Shown here: positions 26,225-35,171 of the stretch, one piece after another
How positions within the stretch are numbered: the stretch's first letter is position 1
How the letters are laid out: each line of letters opens with the position of its first letter
From: a virus
Lineage: Duplodnaviria; Heunggongvirae; Uroviricota; Caudoviricetes
Length of the DNA stretch: 36,464 nt
Reading direction: 5' to 3' (one strand)
Virus record (IMG/VR): IMGVR_UViG_2645727593_000019
Made by a program: the position numbers and the translations under genes
Notes under the pieces: model-generated
Seen by the model: only the letters and a program-made list of their open reading frames with translations
Databases searched by the model: none
Told to the model about the DNA's origin: nothing

Positions 26225-26715
26225 TATGCAGCCCTCACAATATAATTAAAGGCGATGTTACGTGGACGGTTTTCATTAGCTGTTGGCACGACACGAGAGG
26301 CGTCGAATCCAAGGTCATCGGTTTTGCCTATATCAGTTGTGTTATTCGGCATTCTCGCAGATCGTGTTCCTGCATCATAAAAAGCCCCTCTGATTGCATC
26401 AAAAGACATACCGATCCCGCCATCTGCGAATCCCTCAATATTTCTTATTGCATCCCCCTGTGAAGATAATAATTGTCGCCCGGCATCCACACCACGTCCG
26501 TCATCCCAGCCACGAATAAATTCACCGCGTAAATCCGGCAATTTATTTGTCGGATAAACCTTTGCCAGTTCCGGGTATTCTTCAGCAGAAAAAGCCGCAC
26601 CGTTGCATTTCAGCCAGCCAGTAGGCGGTGTGGCTGAAGGCCACGGAACAGGCACACCAACGGGTAATGCCGAACCTTCTCCCAAACCAACGTTTTCGTT
26701 TTTATCCCTACCTAT
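26224..26715 (-). CDS. alternative tail fibre C-terminal cassette (promoterless; 5' limit approximate)
   Basis: Minus-strand frame encoding a collar-type fibre tip (LKCNGAAFSAEEYPELAKVYP...RGEFIRGWDDGRGVD...NIAFNYIVRA); junction residues NVGLGEG resemble H residues NLGLGTV. Confidence 0.65.
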   Translation of the reverse strand: MGRDKNENVGLGEGSALPVGVPVPWPSATPPTGWLKCNGAAFSAEEYPELAKVYPTNKLPDLRGEFIRGWDDGRGVDAGRQLLSSQGDAIRNIEGFADGGIGMSFDAIRGAFYDAGTRSARMPNNTTDIGKTDDLGFDASRVVPTANENRPRNIAFNYIVRAA

Positions 26716-26757
26716 ACCAACTCTGTATTTTTCACGAAACAAAGAGGATGTTTTTTT

Positions 26758-27357
26758 ATGCAAATTGGCTATATTCGTGTGTCAACAAATGACCAGAACA
26801 CGGATTTACAACGCAATGCACTGAACTGCGCAGGATGTGAACTGATTTTTGAAGATAAAATCAGCGGAACGAAATCAGCCAGACCGGGATTGAAAAAACT
26901 GCTCAGAACGCTATCAGAAGGAGATACGCTGGTTGTCTGGAAGCTGGACAGACTGGGCAGAAGTATGAAACACCTGATCACGCTTATTGAGGAATTGCGG
27001 GAAAAAGGTGTTAATTTCCGTAGTCTGACGGACAGCATTGACACATCAACACCCATGGGGCGTTTCTTTTTTCACGTCATGGGGGCTTTAGCCGAAATGG
27101 AACGTGAATTAATTGTAGAGCGTACACTGGCCGGGCTGGCAGCAGCACGCGCACAAGGACGCATTGGCGGACGTCGCCCGAAGTTGACAAAAGAACAACA
27201 CGAGCAAATAGCGAGGCTGATTAAAAACGGTCATGACAGGAAACAACTGGCGATCATTTACGACATCGGCATATCGACGATTTATCGTTATCACCCTGTA
27301 GGCGATATACAGGCTGAAGAAACAACCAGGCAGACTCAGGAAAATAAAAACCGCTAA
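26758..27357 (+). CDS. serine DNA invertase (Gin/Hin/Pin/Cin family)
   Basis: N-terminus MQIGYIRVSTNDQ with the catalytic Ser; C-terminal HTH; adjacent to the inverted fibre cassette. Confidence 0.9.
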   Translation: MQIGYIRVSTNDQNTDLQRNALNCAGCELIFEDKISGTKSARPGLKKLLRTLSEGDTLVVWKLDRLGRSMKHLITLIEELREKGVNFRSLTDSIDTSTPMGRFFFHVMGALAEMERELIVERTLAGLAAARAQGRIGGRRPKLTKEQHEQIARLIKNGHDRKQLAIIYDIGISTIYRYHPVGDIQAEETTRQTQENKNR

Positions 27358-27376
27358 TCTGACCATTAGCGGTTTT
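27346..27376. terminator. bidirectional terminator between the invertase and U
   Basis: AAAAACCGCTAAT-CTGACC-ATTAGCGGTTTT perfect hairpin flanked by A and T runs; spans the invertase stop codon. Confidence 0.7.
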
Positions 27377-27383
27377 GCGTTAA

Positions 27384-27878
27384 TCAAAACAGCCCTTTAA
27401 CGGAGCTGGCCGCGCTGTTAAGGGATGATGTGACCTTATCTTTGAAGCCGGACAGCATATCACTGAACGATGAGGATTGCAGGCGCTCCCGCAAATCCTC
27501 ATCACAGCGTTCAAGAGTCAGTGAAAATTCTATCTTTTTCGCCTTACCGTAGCGATCAAACTCGGAACGGGTCGTATTCGTTTCAGTCAGTACATACATG
27601 CCGTAAATCTGCCCGACACCATCAATCAGAGGCCAGGGGCGTCCTGTATATGCCTGCGTGGTCAGCAACGAAAGCGACACTTCGCCACCTGTAATTTCAG
27701 GATAAAGCACGCCGGAAAGCACGATGCGATCATCACCTGCGCCGATATACTGCCAGCTTGCTGAACGGTTAACGCGTTCATTTTTCACATGCCGCCAGCT
27801 TTTGTTTTGCTGTAACTGCTGATGCGGCAATGTGCGCAGCTCAAAAACAAACATGCCATAGATCATCATCATGGCCAT
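27384..27878 (-). CDS. U: tail protein U
   Basis: Directly downstream of T on the minus strand; size as P2 U. Confidence 0.7.
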   Translation of the reverse strand: MAMMMIYGMFVFELRTLPHQQLQQNKSWRHVKNERVNRSASWQYIGAGDDRIVLSGVLYPEITGGEVSLSLLTTQAYTGRPWPLIDGVGQIYGMYVLTETNTTRSEFDRYGKAKKIEFSLTLERCDEDLRERLQSSSFSDMLSGFKDKVTSSLNSAASSVKGLF

Positions 27879-27884
27879 GACTCC

Positions 27885-30692
27885 TCAATCTTTATCGTAA
27901 AAACTGCCACGTCCGGCACGGTCGCGTCGTTCCAATTCTGCCCTGACCATTTCACCGACCAGTTTCGCCAGTTCGCGGGGATTCTGCGTAACAACGTTAT
28001 GCAGATGAACATGAATTTCACCGCCAAATCCGGAGACAACAGGCTCCCGGTTACGGGAAGTTGCAGGAACTGATGCCACTGGCGATCGTATGGCCTCCGC
28101 CACCGGGCGGGAGCTGGCCGCAACAACAGGGACCAGCGCCGGAGGCAGAGGAGTCGGGACCACGGGTGTGATGTTGATTGCGGAAGCAGGCTTACTGACC
28201 TGCGCAATCTTCCGCTCCTGCCACTCCCCACGAACAGCAAGTGCGCGGGGCAGATTCTTAAAGACAATATCGCCGGGGCCAATGCGTTTTTTCGTCTCAT
28301 CAACCAGCTTACCTGTGTTATCAGCAATTTTGCTGAGTCTGCGTAGCGTACCGGTATTGCTGTCTGTGAGCGGTTTGTTGTCTTTGGGTTTATCACCTCC
28401 GGTGCCATTGCCATTTTCCACAGGCTTCGGCGGATTGATTTTCGCCAGGTCCCCCTGAAGCAAGGCAACCTTGTCCTGAAGAATGGCCGCACGCTGTGCG
28501 TCTTCGATTTTCTTGCGCGCCCTTTCCGCTTCATCCGGAAGGACGCCAAGTTTTTCAAGTATCCACGCCAGCGTATCCAGTAGCATTTTTGCAGGCGTCA
28601 GAACAAGTTGTAACGCACCGCCAAGAACGTTACCGAATATCTCGCCAGCACTGGTACATTTATCCAGCGTTTCCTTGCTGGACTCCATCGGTGACAGCAG
28701 CGATTTAAACCAGTTAAACACCTGGCTGATCCCGCTTCCGATTGCGTCAAAAACAGGACCAAACCGTTCAAAGGTTTCGCGCAACGGGGCCAGCCTTTCC
28801 ATAATCCCGCTGAACACCCCGGCAAAAAATGCCCTGATGGGATCCCAGTATTTCCAGATAAGTACGGCAGCTCCGGCAAGTGCAGCCACGATAAGACCAA
28901 CCGGACTGAACAGCGCCCCGATAGCGCCTCCCAGTAAAGAAACGGAACCCGTCACCATTCCCCATAGTGCTGGCAGGACCCTGACAGCATTCATTGATCC
29001 GGTCAGGAAAGAAAAACCAAGACGCAGTTTTGCCAGCGGACCAGCAAGCACACCAATAGCCAGCGACAACGAGCCAACCGTTGCAGTCATTGCTAGCAAC
29101 GCACCGCCTGCTATCAGTAGCTGGCGCGTCAGTGCCGGATGGGCCTGCGCCAGCGCCGTCACCCTTGATACCACCCGCGTGAGCCACTGCGTGACAGAAC
29201 GCAGCGGACCGTCAATCAGATCTGCAATGCGGATGCGCAACCCTTCCCATGCACTGCCGAGTGATTTCAGATCGCCGTCAAGGTTGTTGGCCATAACCTT
29301 TGCTGTGCGTTCAGCCTCACCGCGCGCGCCTTCAAGTTCTTTTCTCAGTTTGGGTAAGGAACCGTCACCCGCTGCATCAACGAGCGCCATAAACGATGTG
29401 AAAGCCTCTTCTCCGGCAATGTCCTTAAAGAACGATACCCGGTCAACTTCCCCGTATTTGCGGGTGGCTTTATAAAGGTCGGCCAGCACATCCTCCATCG
29501 GGCGCATTTTGCCCCCGGCATCCGAGACGGACACGCCCAGCTCTTTCAGAGCTTCTGCCGCCGCCTTTGGCGGTGATGCCAGACGAGCCAGGCTGGCACG
29601 CATTGCCGTCCCGGCATCACTCCCTCTGATGCCCATATTCGCCAGCACGCCAGCCATCGCTGCGGCCTGCTCCAGCGATATTCCCAGCTTACCCGCCACC
29701 GGACCTGCATATTTCATGGTTTCGCCCAGTGCGCGAAGGTCAGTGTTGGTACGGGTAAACGCTGCGGTGAGTGTGTCACCGACCCGGTCCATCTGGTCAG
29801 CAGAAAGGCCGAACTGCGTCAGGATATTTGAGCCAATATCTGCCGTCTCGCCGAGATCCATACCGCCAGCCGTTGCCATGCTCAGCACTCCGGGAAGCGC
29901 AGCCTGAATGGCCTGCGGTGTGAAGCCAGCCATTGCAAGAAATGCCTGCCCACTGGCGGCATCGCCTGCGGTGAACTGCGTTTCAGAGCCAAGTTTTAAC
30001 GCCTGCTCACGCAGCGCCTTAAACTGCGGGCTGTTCTGGTCGATTCGCGTCAGCGCCTGAACGCGGGACATCTCTTTGCCGAACCCGATCGCGGGCTGCA
30101 AAAAACGCCCGGCAGCATAGCCGCCCGCCGCTGCCGCACCAATTGCCAGCGCACCACCTGTTTTCAGTTTTCCCGCGGTTTCCTGCGCGCGCGAATACCG
30201 CTCACGCGCCCGCGTTACACGCGCAAGCGCCTGCCGTTCGCGTTCAAGCTGGTTGTTGTACTGTTCGGTGCGTCTGATGGCCTGCTGGATGGTGTTATCG
30301 CTGCCTGTCAGGGAAATGCCGTGGCGTTTCAGCTCTCCGCCAAGTTCCCGCATTTTCTGAATTTCCCGTGTGCGCGATTCATTCAGGCGTTCAAGCCGGG
30401 TGCTTAACTGCTGCATCAGCTTTTGTTGTTTTTCGCTGAGCACTGTACCCGTGCGTTGTAACTGATTAAGAGCGTTAAGCTGGCGTCGTGCTTTCAATAT
30501 GCCAGCATCCGCTTTACTGACAGCGTCACGGGCGCGCTCAAATGAACGCGCCTGACGCTCGAGATTTTTGATCGCCCCCTGCGTTCGCTGGATGGAGTCA
30601 CCAAACTGCCCCATCAGGCGGCGGGCGTTTTCGGCAGGCCGGGTCAGCCTGTCAACGGCGCTGAAAGCGACCCGGATATCAAGAGTCTTCAT
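27885..30692 (-). CDS. T: tail tape measure protein
   Basis: Track ORF 27885..30728; start chosen at MKTLDIRVAFSAVDRLTRP to align with the P2 T N-terminus; Ala/Gly-rich TM-like core. Confidence 0.85.
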   Translation of the reverse strand: MKTLDIRVAFSAVDRLTRPAENARRLMGQFGDSIQRTQGAIKNLERQARSFERARDAVSKADAGILKARRQLNALNQLQRTGTVLSEKQQKLMQQLSTRLERLNESRTREIQKMRELGGELKRHGISLTGSDNTIQQAIRRTEQYNNQLERERQALARVTRARERYSRAQETAGKLKTGGALAIGAAAAGGYAAGRFLQPAIGFGKEMSRVQALTRIDQNSPQFKALREQALKLGSETQFTAGDAASGQAFLAMAGFTPQAIQAALPGVLSMATAGGMDLGETADIGSNILTQFGLSADQMDRVGDTLTAAFTRTNTDLRALGETMKYAGPVAGKLGISLEQAAAMAGVLANMGIRGSDAGTAMRASLARLASPPKAAAEALKELGVSVSDAGGKMRPMEDVLADLYKATRKYGEVDRVSFFKDIAGEEAFTSFMALVDAAGDGSLPKLRKELEGARGEAERTAKVMANNLDGDLKSLGSAWEGLRIRIADLIDGPLRSVTQWLTRVVSRVTALAQAHPALTRQLLIAGGALLAMTATVGSLSLAIGVLAGPLAKLRLGFSFLTGSMNAVRVLPALWGMVTGSVSLLGGAIGALFSPVGLIVAALAGAAVLIWKYWDPIRAFFAGVFSGIMERLAPLRETFERFGPVFDAIGSGISQVFNWFKSLLSPMESSKETLDKCTSAGEIFGNVLGGALQLVLTPAKMLLDTLAWILEKLGVLPDEAERARKKIEDAQRAAILQDKVALLQGDLAKINPPKPVENGNGTGGDKPKDNKPLTDSNTGTLRRLSKIADNTGKLVDETKKRIGPGDIVFKNLPRALAVRGEWQERKIAQVSKPASAINITPVVPTPLPPALVPVVAASSRPVAEAIRSPVASVPATSRNREPVVSGFGGEIHVHLHNVVTQNPRELAKLVGEMVRAELERRDRAGRGSFYDKD

Positions 30693-31217
30693 TGTCTGTA
30701 TTCCCGCTGCGAAGTGCCGCCCGCTCACGCCAGCTAACCACTTCGCCGGGAGTCATCATGAAGATTTCGGCGGGCGACCAGTTAAAAATGGTGGCAATAT
30801 CCGCCACCAGATCTTCGATGTGCTCAAAGCACACCAGGGTGATTACGCTGCCGTCTCCTGCACGCTCTTCGCGCCAGAGTCTGGCTCGCTCATAAAATTT
30901 ACAGCCACAGCGCACAACTGAATAAAATCGCGTGACGACATTTTTTTAATCATCACTTCATCCAGTTGTGGCGAGGTCACGCGAGGCAACAGCGTGAACA
31001 TGGTATCCGCTTTCAGATTCAGCACATCAGACAGCGACAGACCACGCAGGGATCCCGCCTGCTCAATAGCCCCGGTGATCTCCACATATGTGATTTTTTC
31101 GGCACCACGCTCAATTGGCCGGGAAAGTTTTACACCACGTTCGACAGCCATATCCTCACCTGCCGTCACATCATCCGCTACGGTGTTATTCCGGGTTTCA
31201 GTATCGATATTTTTCAT
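30679..31217 (-). CDS. E+E' fusion made by a programmed -1 frameshift
   Basis: The -1 frame (track ORF 30679..30915) opens right after an A7 run (plus strand T7 at 30941-30947) inside E; same arrangement as P2 E/E' and lambda G/GT. Confidence 0.55.
30843..31217 (-). CDS. E: tail assembly chaperone E
   Basis: Track ORF between FII and T; 124 aa. Confidence 0.7.
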   Translation of the reverse strand: MKNIDTETRNNTVADDVTAGEDMAVERGVKLSRPIERGAEKITYVEITGAIEQAGSLRGLSLSDVLNLKADTMFTLLPRVTSPQLDEVMIKKMSSRDFIQLCAVAVNFMSEPDSGAKSVQETAA

Positions 31218-31272
31218 CAGTTGTCTCCTTTTCAGTCAGAGGCGACGCACTGCGCCGCCTGCATATTACTTA

Positions 31273-31785
31273 TCAGCCAAGCCCGAGCGCGGAACGGATG
31301 CGATCGGGCACAATGTCCTTGCCGTCCTTCCGGTAAATGAAGTTCAGCAGGTCAATCTCCCACAACGGGCGATCGTTAACACTCAGCTTGTAGTAGGTGT
31401 TTTTAATGGCGTAAGTGTGTGATGTGGCTTCGCCCTGTTTGGCTTCCCCCATATCAATTTCCGTCACACGTCCGCGCATTTCGACTTCATACAGGTCGCT
31501 TTCTGCATCGGTGTAATATTCACCCGCAAAACGCAGCAGCGTGCCGTCAATCGTGCCGCCATACTTAAGGAACAGCTCACGAACTGCGCCCCCCATGACA
31601 AAGCTCGCATCAAGCGCGGAGTCGTCCAGACCGAGATCAATACTTACCGCCCCCATCATGCCACCACCCCGGTAGCTGTCGGTTTTGCGCGTCAGCTTAG
31701 GCAGGGTGACGGACGTCACCTTACCCACTTCGTTTTCACCATCCACAAACAGCGTAAAAAAGCGAAGATGTTTTGGCACAGCCAT
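31273..31785 (-). CDS. FII: tail tube protein
   Basis: Matches P2 FII (VTLPKLTRK, YRG, DLGLDD, RFAG, MRGR). Confidence 0.85.
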   Translation of the reverse strand: MAVPKHLRFFTLFVDGENEVGKVTSVTLPKLTRKTDSYRGGGMMGAVSIDLGLDDSALDASFVMGGAVRELFLKYGGTIDGTLLRFAGEYYTDAESDLYEVEMRGRVTEIDMGEAKQGEATSHTYAIKNTYYKLSVNDRPLWEIDLLNFIYRKDGKDIVPDRIRSALGLG

Positions 31786-32969
31786 CAGGCACCTCCCAGC
31801 ACCGCAAATGCGGGTTCAAAGTATTCATCAGTAAACGTCTGGTAAAGCTCCATGTCTTCCAGCGGAGGAACTGGCGTATATTTGTAGCGAATACGCACAC
31901 GCCCCTGACGTAAATCCGTGGTGCTGTTATCCACCACGTCATACCAGCACTCCGCGCCAATCAGTTTCCCGGCAGTCACCAGTGAATCCAGTTTTGCCCT
32001 GATGGCACTGATAACATCCTTCACGTTCGCAGGCGTCAGTGGACTGTCGATGGTTTCAAACTGCGCTTCCGCAATTGAATCAGCCAGCACCTGTGCGGTT
32101 CGGGTATACACCTCAAAGATGTAGGCGTTCGTTTCCGGTGTGCGGTTGCCCCAGAAGCGGAACCCGTTGCGACGAATAATGGTCGTGATTTCTTTGTTGT
32201 TGAGGCTGTTGGCATCACTGTCTTCGACCTGCAACGACCAGAACACATGCCTGGACATCCCCAGCACATTTTTAACCGGAACGTTGGACAGCGATTTGTG
32301 CCAGCCCTGCTCATGGTCAATGTACGCACGAAGGCCGCACGCATAGGCAGGTGCGGGGAACGTTTCGTTTTTGCCACTTTTCGAGTTGTAGGCGATGAAG
32401 TCCGGCCATAAGAGCATCACCTCACGTTCGTTGAATTTCTGGCGGTAGGTAATCGCCTCAGCCATCGTGTTACAGCCGTGACATGAGGCATACACAAACG
32501 CGCGCAGTTTACCCGCAATCACGCACAGGGATTTTGTTACCGCCTCCGTGTCCAGCTCCGGCGCGGCCAGAATACGCGGACGGTATCCGATGCTTTCATC
32601 CTGCTCTGCAACAAGCAGCGCATACATCCCCGTATAGCTGCCGTCAGATTCAGAACCACCGATAACCAGTTGATCCTGCGTTTTTCCGTCTTCTTCTTTG
32701 TGTTCAGCCACGCGAACGACGATCACCTTTGTGCTCACCTGGTCTGCGATGGCCTTAAGCGCACGATAAAGCGTCCCCGTTGTCCCGCATTTTCCCAGCA
32801 CGTCATTGACGCGGGTCAGCAGTGTGGGCTTGTTCAGCGGGAACAGCTCCGCATCCGCATCATCCGCCGTTGCCACGATACCGATAACACTGGAATCAAC
32901 ATCATTAATCGCTGTTACCAGGTCGGTACTTTCCGTAACACGGGCACCATGAAAACGAGTTTCACTCAT
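31785..32969 (-). CDS. FI: tail sheath protein
   Basis: Matches P2 FI (ADDADAELFPLNKP, KLRAF, WPDF, EQGWHK, RRNGFRFWGNRT, YTRTAQV, YTPVPPLE). Confidence 0.9.
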   Translation of the reverse strand: MSETRFHGARVTESTDLVTAINDVDSSVIGIVATADDADAELFPLNKPTLLTRVNDVLGKCGTTGTLYRALKAIADQVSTKVIVVRVAEHKEEDGKTQDQLVIGGSESDGSYTGMYALLVAEQDESIGYRPRILAAPELDTEAVTKSLCVIAGKLRAFVYASCHGCNTMAEAITYRQKFNEREVMLLWPDFIAYNSKSGKNETFPAPAYACGLRAYIDHEQGWHKSLSNVPVKNVLGMSRHVFWSLQVEDSDANSLNNKEITTIIRRNGFRFWGNRTPETNAYIFEVYTRTAQVLADSIAEAQFETIDSPLTPANVKDVISAIRAKLDSLVTAGKLIGAECWYDVVDNSTTDLRQGRVRIRYKYTPVPPLEDMELYQTFTDEYFEPAFAVLGGA

Positions 32970-33126
32970 AGCTTCAGCCCCTTGTATCCGTTAAATGATT
33001 CAGCAACAATCATCACCCACCACGCGCGTAATCTCACCCCTGCGTTATTCTCCCGCCACGGCGACAACAAAAAGCAGTAACCCACTCCGCACGCACATGC
33101 GACCATGCCGCACAGGGAGGGAACAG
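32970..33126. promoter_or_regulatory. divergent intergenic region between FI and D (late promoters expected)
   Basis: 157-bp gap between divergent operon starts; SD GGGAGGG before the D start. Confidence 0.35.
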
Positions 33127-34236
33127 ATGACCGACACCACCATGCAATTGCTCAGTCAGGGCACAGACCCCGTGAAAATGCCGGATTTTGATATTCTCGC
33201 GGAGGGTAAAACGCTGTCCGGCGTGGCAGAGCGCCTGATGAGCCTGTCGCTGACCGACAACCGGGGATTTGAGGCGGACCAGCTCACCATCACGCTGGAT
33301 GATGCCGATGGCCAGTTGCAGCTACCGCCACGGGGAGCGCCTCTGACGGTTCTCATTGGCTGGAAAGGGGAACCGCTGACAGAAAAAGGCACTTACATTG
33401 TTGATGAAATCGCTCACGAAGGACCGCCGGACAGGCTGACTGTTTCAGCCAGAAGCGCAGATTTTCGGGATGAATTTAACGTTAAACGTGAGGTGTCCTG
33501 GCATGATGTGACCGTTGAGCGTGTGGTATCCGCCATCGCTCATCGGTATGGTCTGAAACCGCAAATCAGCGAAATGCTGATGGATATCGAAATCGACCAC
33601 GCCGACCAGACCGAAGAAAGCGACATGTCCTTCCTTACGCGCATGGCGGAAATGCTGGGCGCAATCACCACGGTAAAAAGCGGCAATCTGTTATTCATCA
33701 TGCCAGGCGGTGGCGTGAACGCACAGGGCCAGCCGTTGCCCTCGTTCGCCATCACACGCAGCAGCGGCGATCGCCATCAGTTCCGCATTGCTGACCGCGA
33801 GGCGTATACGGGGGTACGCGCCTACTGGCTTGATCTTAATTACGGGAAAAAGAAAAAAGTCAGCGTGAAACGCCGTAAACCGCCAAAACCCAAAAAGGAG
33901 AAAAGCAGCAGCCGTGAAGGTGATTATATGGAAGGCGCGGAAGGCAATGTGTTTGTGTTACGCAAGACTTATCAGAACGAGCAGGCAGCAAGACACGCAG
34001 CGGCGGCAAAGTGGCAGCAACTACAACGCGGAGCCGCATCATTCTCCATCACACTGGCTCGTGGACGCGCAGAACTCTACCCCGAAATGCATGGCACGGT
34101 GACAGGCTTCAAAAGTGACATCGACAATCAGGACTGGATTATTGCAAAAGCCGAGCACACCATTGATAACAGCGGCTTTACCACGCAGCTTGAGCTTGAA
34201 GCAAAAATCCCGGAATGGATAGCAGAAACAGAGTGA
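33127..34236 (+). CDS. D: tail protein D (late control D family)
   Basis: Track ORF 32995..34236 trimmed to MTDTTMQ with SD; gpD-family features including a lysine-rich linker (KKKKVSVKRRKPPKPKKEK). Confidence 0.8.
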   Translation: MTDTTMQLLSQGTDPVKMPDFDILAEGKTLSGVAERLMSLSLTDNRGFEADQLTITLDDADGQLQLPPRGAPLTVLIGWKGEPLTEKGTYIVDEIAHEGPPDRLTVSARSADFRDEFNVKREVSWHDVTVERVVSAIAHRYGLKPQISEMLMDIEIDHADQTEESDMSFLTRMAEMLGAITTVKSGNLLFIMPGGGVNAQGQPLPSFAITRSSGDRHQFRIADREAYTGVRAYWLDLNYGKKKKVSVKRRKPPKPKKEKSSSREGDYMEGAEGNVFVLRKTYQNEQAARHAAAAKWQQLQRGAASFSITLARGRAELYPEMHGTVTGFKSDIDNQDWIIAKAEHTIDNSGFTTQLELEAKIPEWIAETE

Positions 34237-34278
34237 GCAACTTAGAATAGCGGCAGCACCACGTTAAAGGAGGTCGCT

Positions 34279-34539
34279 ATGTTCCGTTGTCCGCTTTGTG
34301 GCGCATCTGCCCGTATCCGCACCAGTCGTTCGGAAAATGATTCAAACACCGTACGGAAAAAATATTACCAGTGTAACAACCTGGAATGCGGCATAAGTTT
34401 CTCAACACTGGAAGCTTTCCATAAATTCACATCGAAACACGCCCCCGGCGTTCACTCTTCAGAAGGTATCCCGTGGCATGAGTTGCCAGCTTCACACAGG
34501 GGAAACAATCAGATGAGTTTGCCTTTATCTCAGAATTAA
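34279..34539 (+). CDS. ogr: Ogr/Delta-family zinc-finger late transcription activator
   Basis: MFRCPLCG...YYQCNNLECG matches the P2 Ogr Cys4 pattern (MFHCPLC...YHQCQNVNC). Confidence 0.8.
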   Translation: MFRCPLCGASARIRTSRSENDSNTVRKKYYQCNNLECGISFSTLEAFHKFTSKHAPGVHSSEGIPWHELPASHRGNNQMSLPLSQN

Positions 34540-34730
34540 CAGGCAGAATTGCCGGAGTAACAAAAAAGCGATAGATTACGCGCGGGTGCCTTTCGGCTGA
34601 TGGTCGGAGGGAATACCCGAAGGCCGGATGTGGAAAGGCCCCGGAAAACATCTCTGTTTAACCGAGGCCCTAACATATCTACCTTAAGCAAGTGATAGGT
34701 TAGCGCCTCTCCAACAAAGGAGCAAGCGCT

Positions 34731-34871
34731 ATGTCGCAAAAATCGCTTACGGCCATCACGTTCTGCGTGACGGTAATCCTCATAATCTGGATGCTGCACG
34801 GTTCGCTGTGTGAAATACGGATGAGCTTCTGGGGAGCGGAGTTTGCGGCGTTCTTACAGTGTAAGCAGTAA
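34731..34871 (+). CDS. hok: Hok/Gef-family type I toxin
   Basis: 46-aa ORF MSQKSLTAITFCVTVILIIWMLHGSLCEIRMSFWGAEFAAFLQCKQ: TM helix followed by the SLCEIR and AAFL.CK signatures of Hok proteins; SD AAGGAG 9 nt upstream. Confidence 0.6.
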   Translation: MSQKSLTAITFCVTVILIIWMLHGSLCEIRMSFWGAEFAAFLQCKQ

Positions 34872-34957
34872 GGAAACCGCGACGGGGGAGCAATCCCCCG
34901 TCAATCGGTTGCCAGGGTAAGGTCGATAAGGCACCCTATCTCACAGACATGAACAAC

Positions 34958-34992
34958 AAACCCGCAGCGTAAAAACTGCGGGTTTTCTTTTT
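34958..34992 (+). terminator. rho-independent terminator after hok
   Basis: AAACCCGCAG-loop-CTGCGGGTTT followed by a T-rich tract. Confidence 0.7.
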
Positions 34993-35023
34993 GGTTCCCT
35001 CACTCATGAGGACACCAAAAACA

Positions 35024-35055
35024 AAGCCCATAGCATAGAATGCTGTGGGCTTTTT
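35024..35055 (+). terminator. second hairpin/terminator
   Basis: AGCCCATAGCA/TGCTGTGGGCT stem with one mismatch, followed by TTTTT. Confidence 0.45.
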
Positions 35056-35130
35056 GCATTCAAAGATGGACGTTATATGGACACTTAAAAATAAAATCCA
35101 TTTATTTTCAAATAATTAAACTTCTACTTA

Positions 35131-35152
35131 AAGCGCCCGCAGGCGCTTTTTA
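35131..35152. terminator. hairpin at the serS 3' end (candidate bidirectional terminator)
   Basis: AGCGCC-CGCA-GGCGCT followed by TTTTT on the plus strand, 20 nt from the serS stop. Confidence 0.5.
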
Positions 35153-35171
35153 GATTCAGAAAAATTGGGTA

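Larger units (their letters stand above)
24850..26757. other. invertible tail-fibre segment (boundaries approximate)
   Basis: Architecture fibre variable part + tfa / inverted tfa' + alternative variable part / adjacent serine invertase, as in Mu G and P1 C segments; crossover sites not resolved by eye. Confidence 0.55.
1..35100. mobile_element. P2-like prophage, right part plus integrase end; attL lies outside the window, right boundary approximate
   Basis: Gene order int-C-early genes-A-cos-Q/P-O-N-M-L-X-lysis-R-S-V-W-J-I-H-G...FI-FII-E-T-U-D-ogr matches the P2 prophage map; proteins resemble P2 Int, C, A, Q, P, O, N, M, L, FI, FII, T as I recall them. Confidence 0.9.

Noticed and set aside
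28483-29475. 330-aa plus-strand ORF, with others at 28090..28458 and 29509..29907
   Set aside because: Antisense to the tape measure gene T; Ser/Ala/Pro-rich low-complexity translations.
34540-35170. tRNA gene as the integration target at the prophage right end
   Set aside because: No tRNA-like sequence was found; the junction instead holds a hok-like ORF and terminators, and the attR core could not be identified without the attL side.
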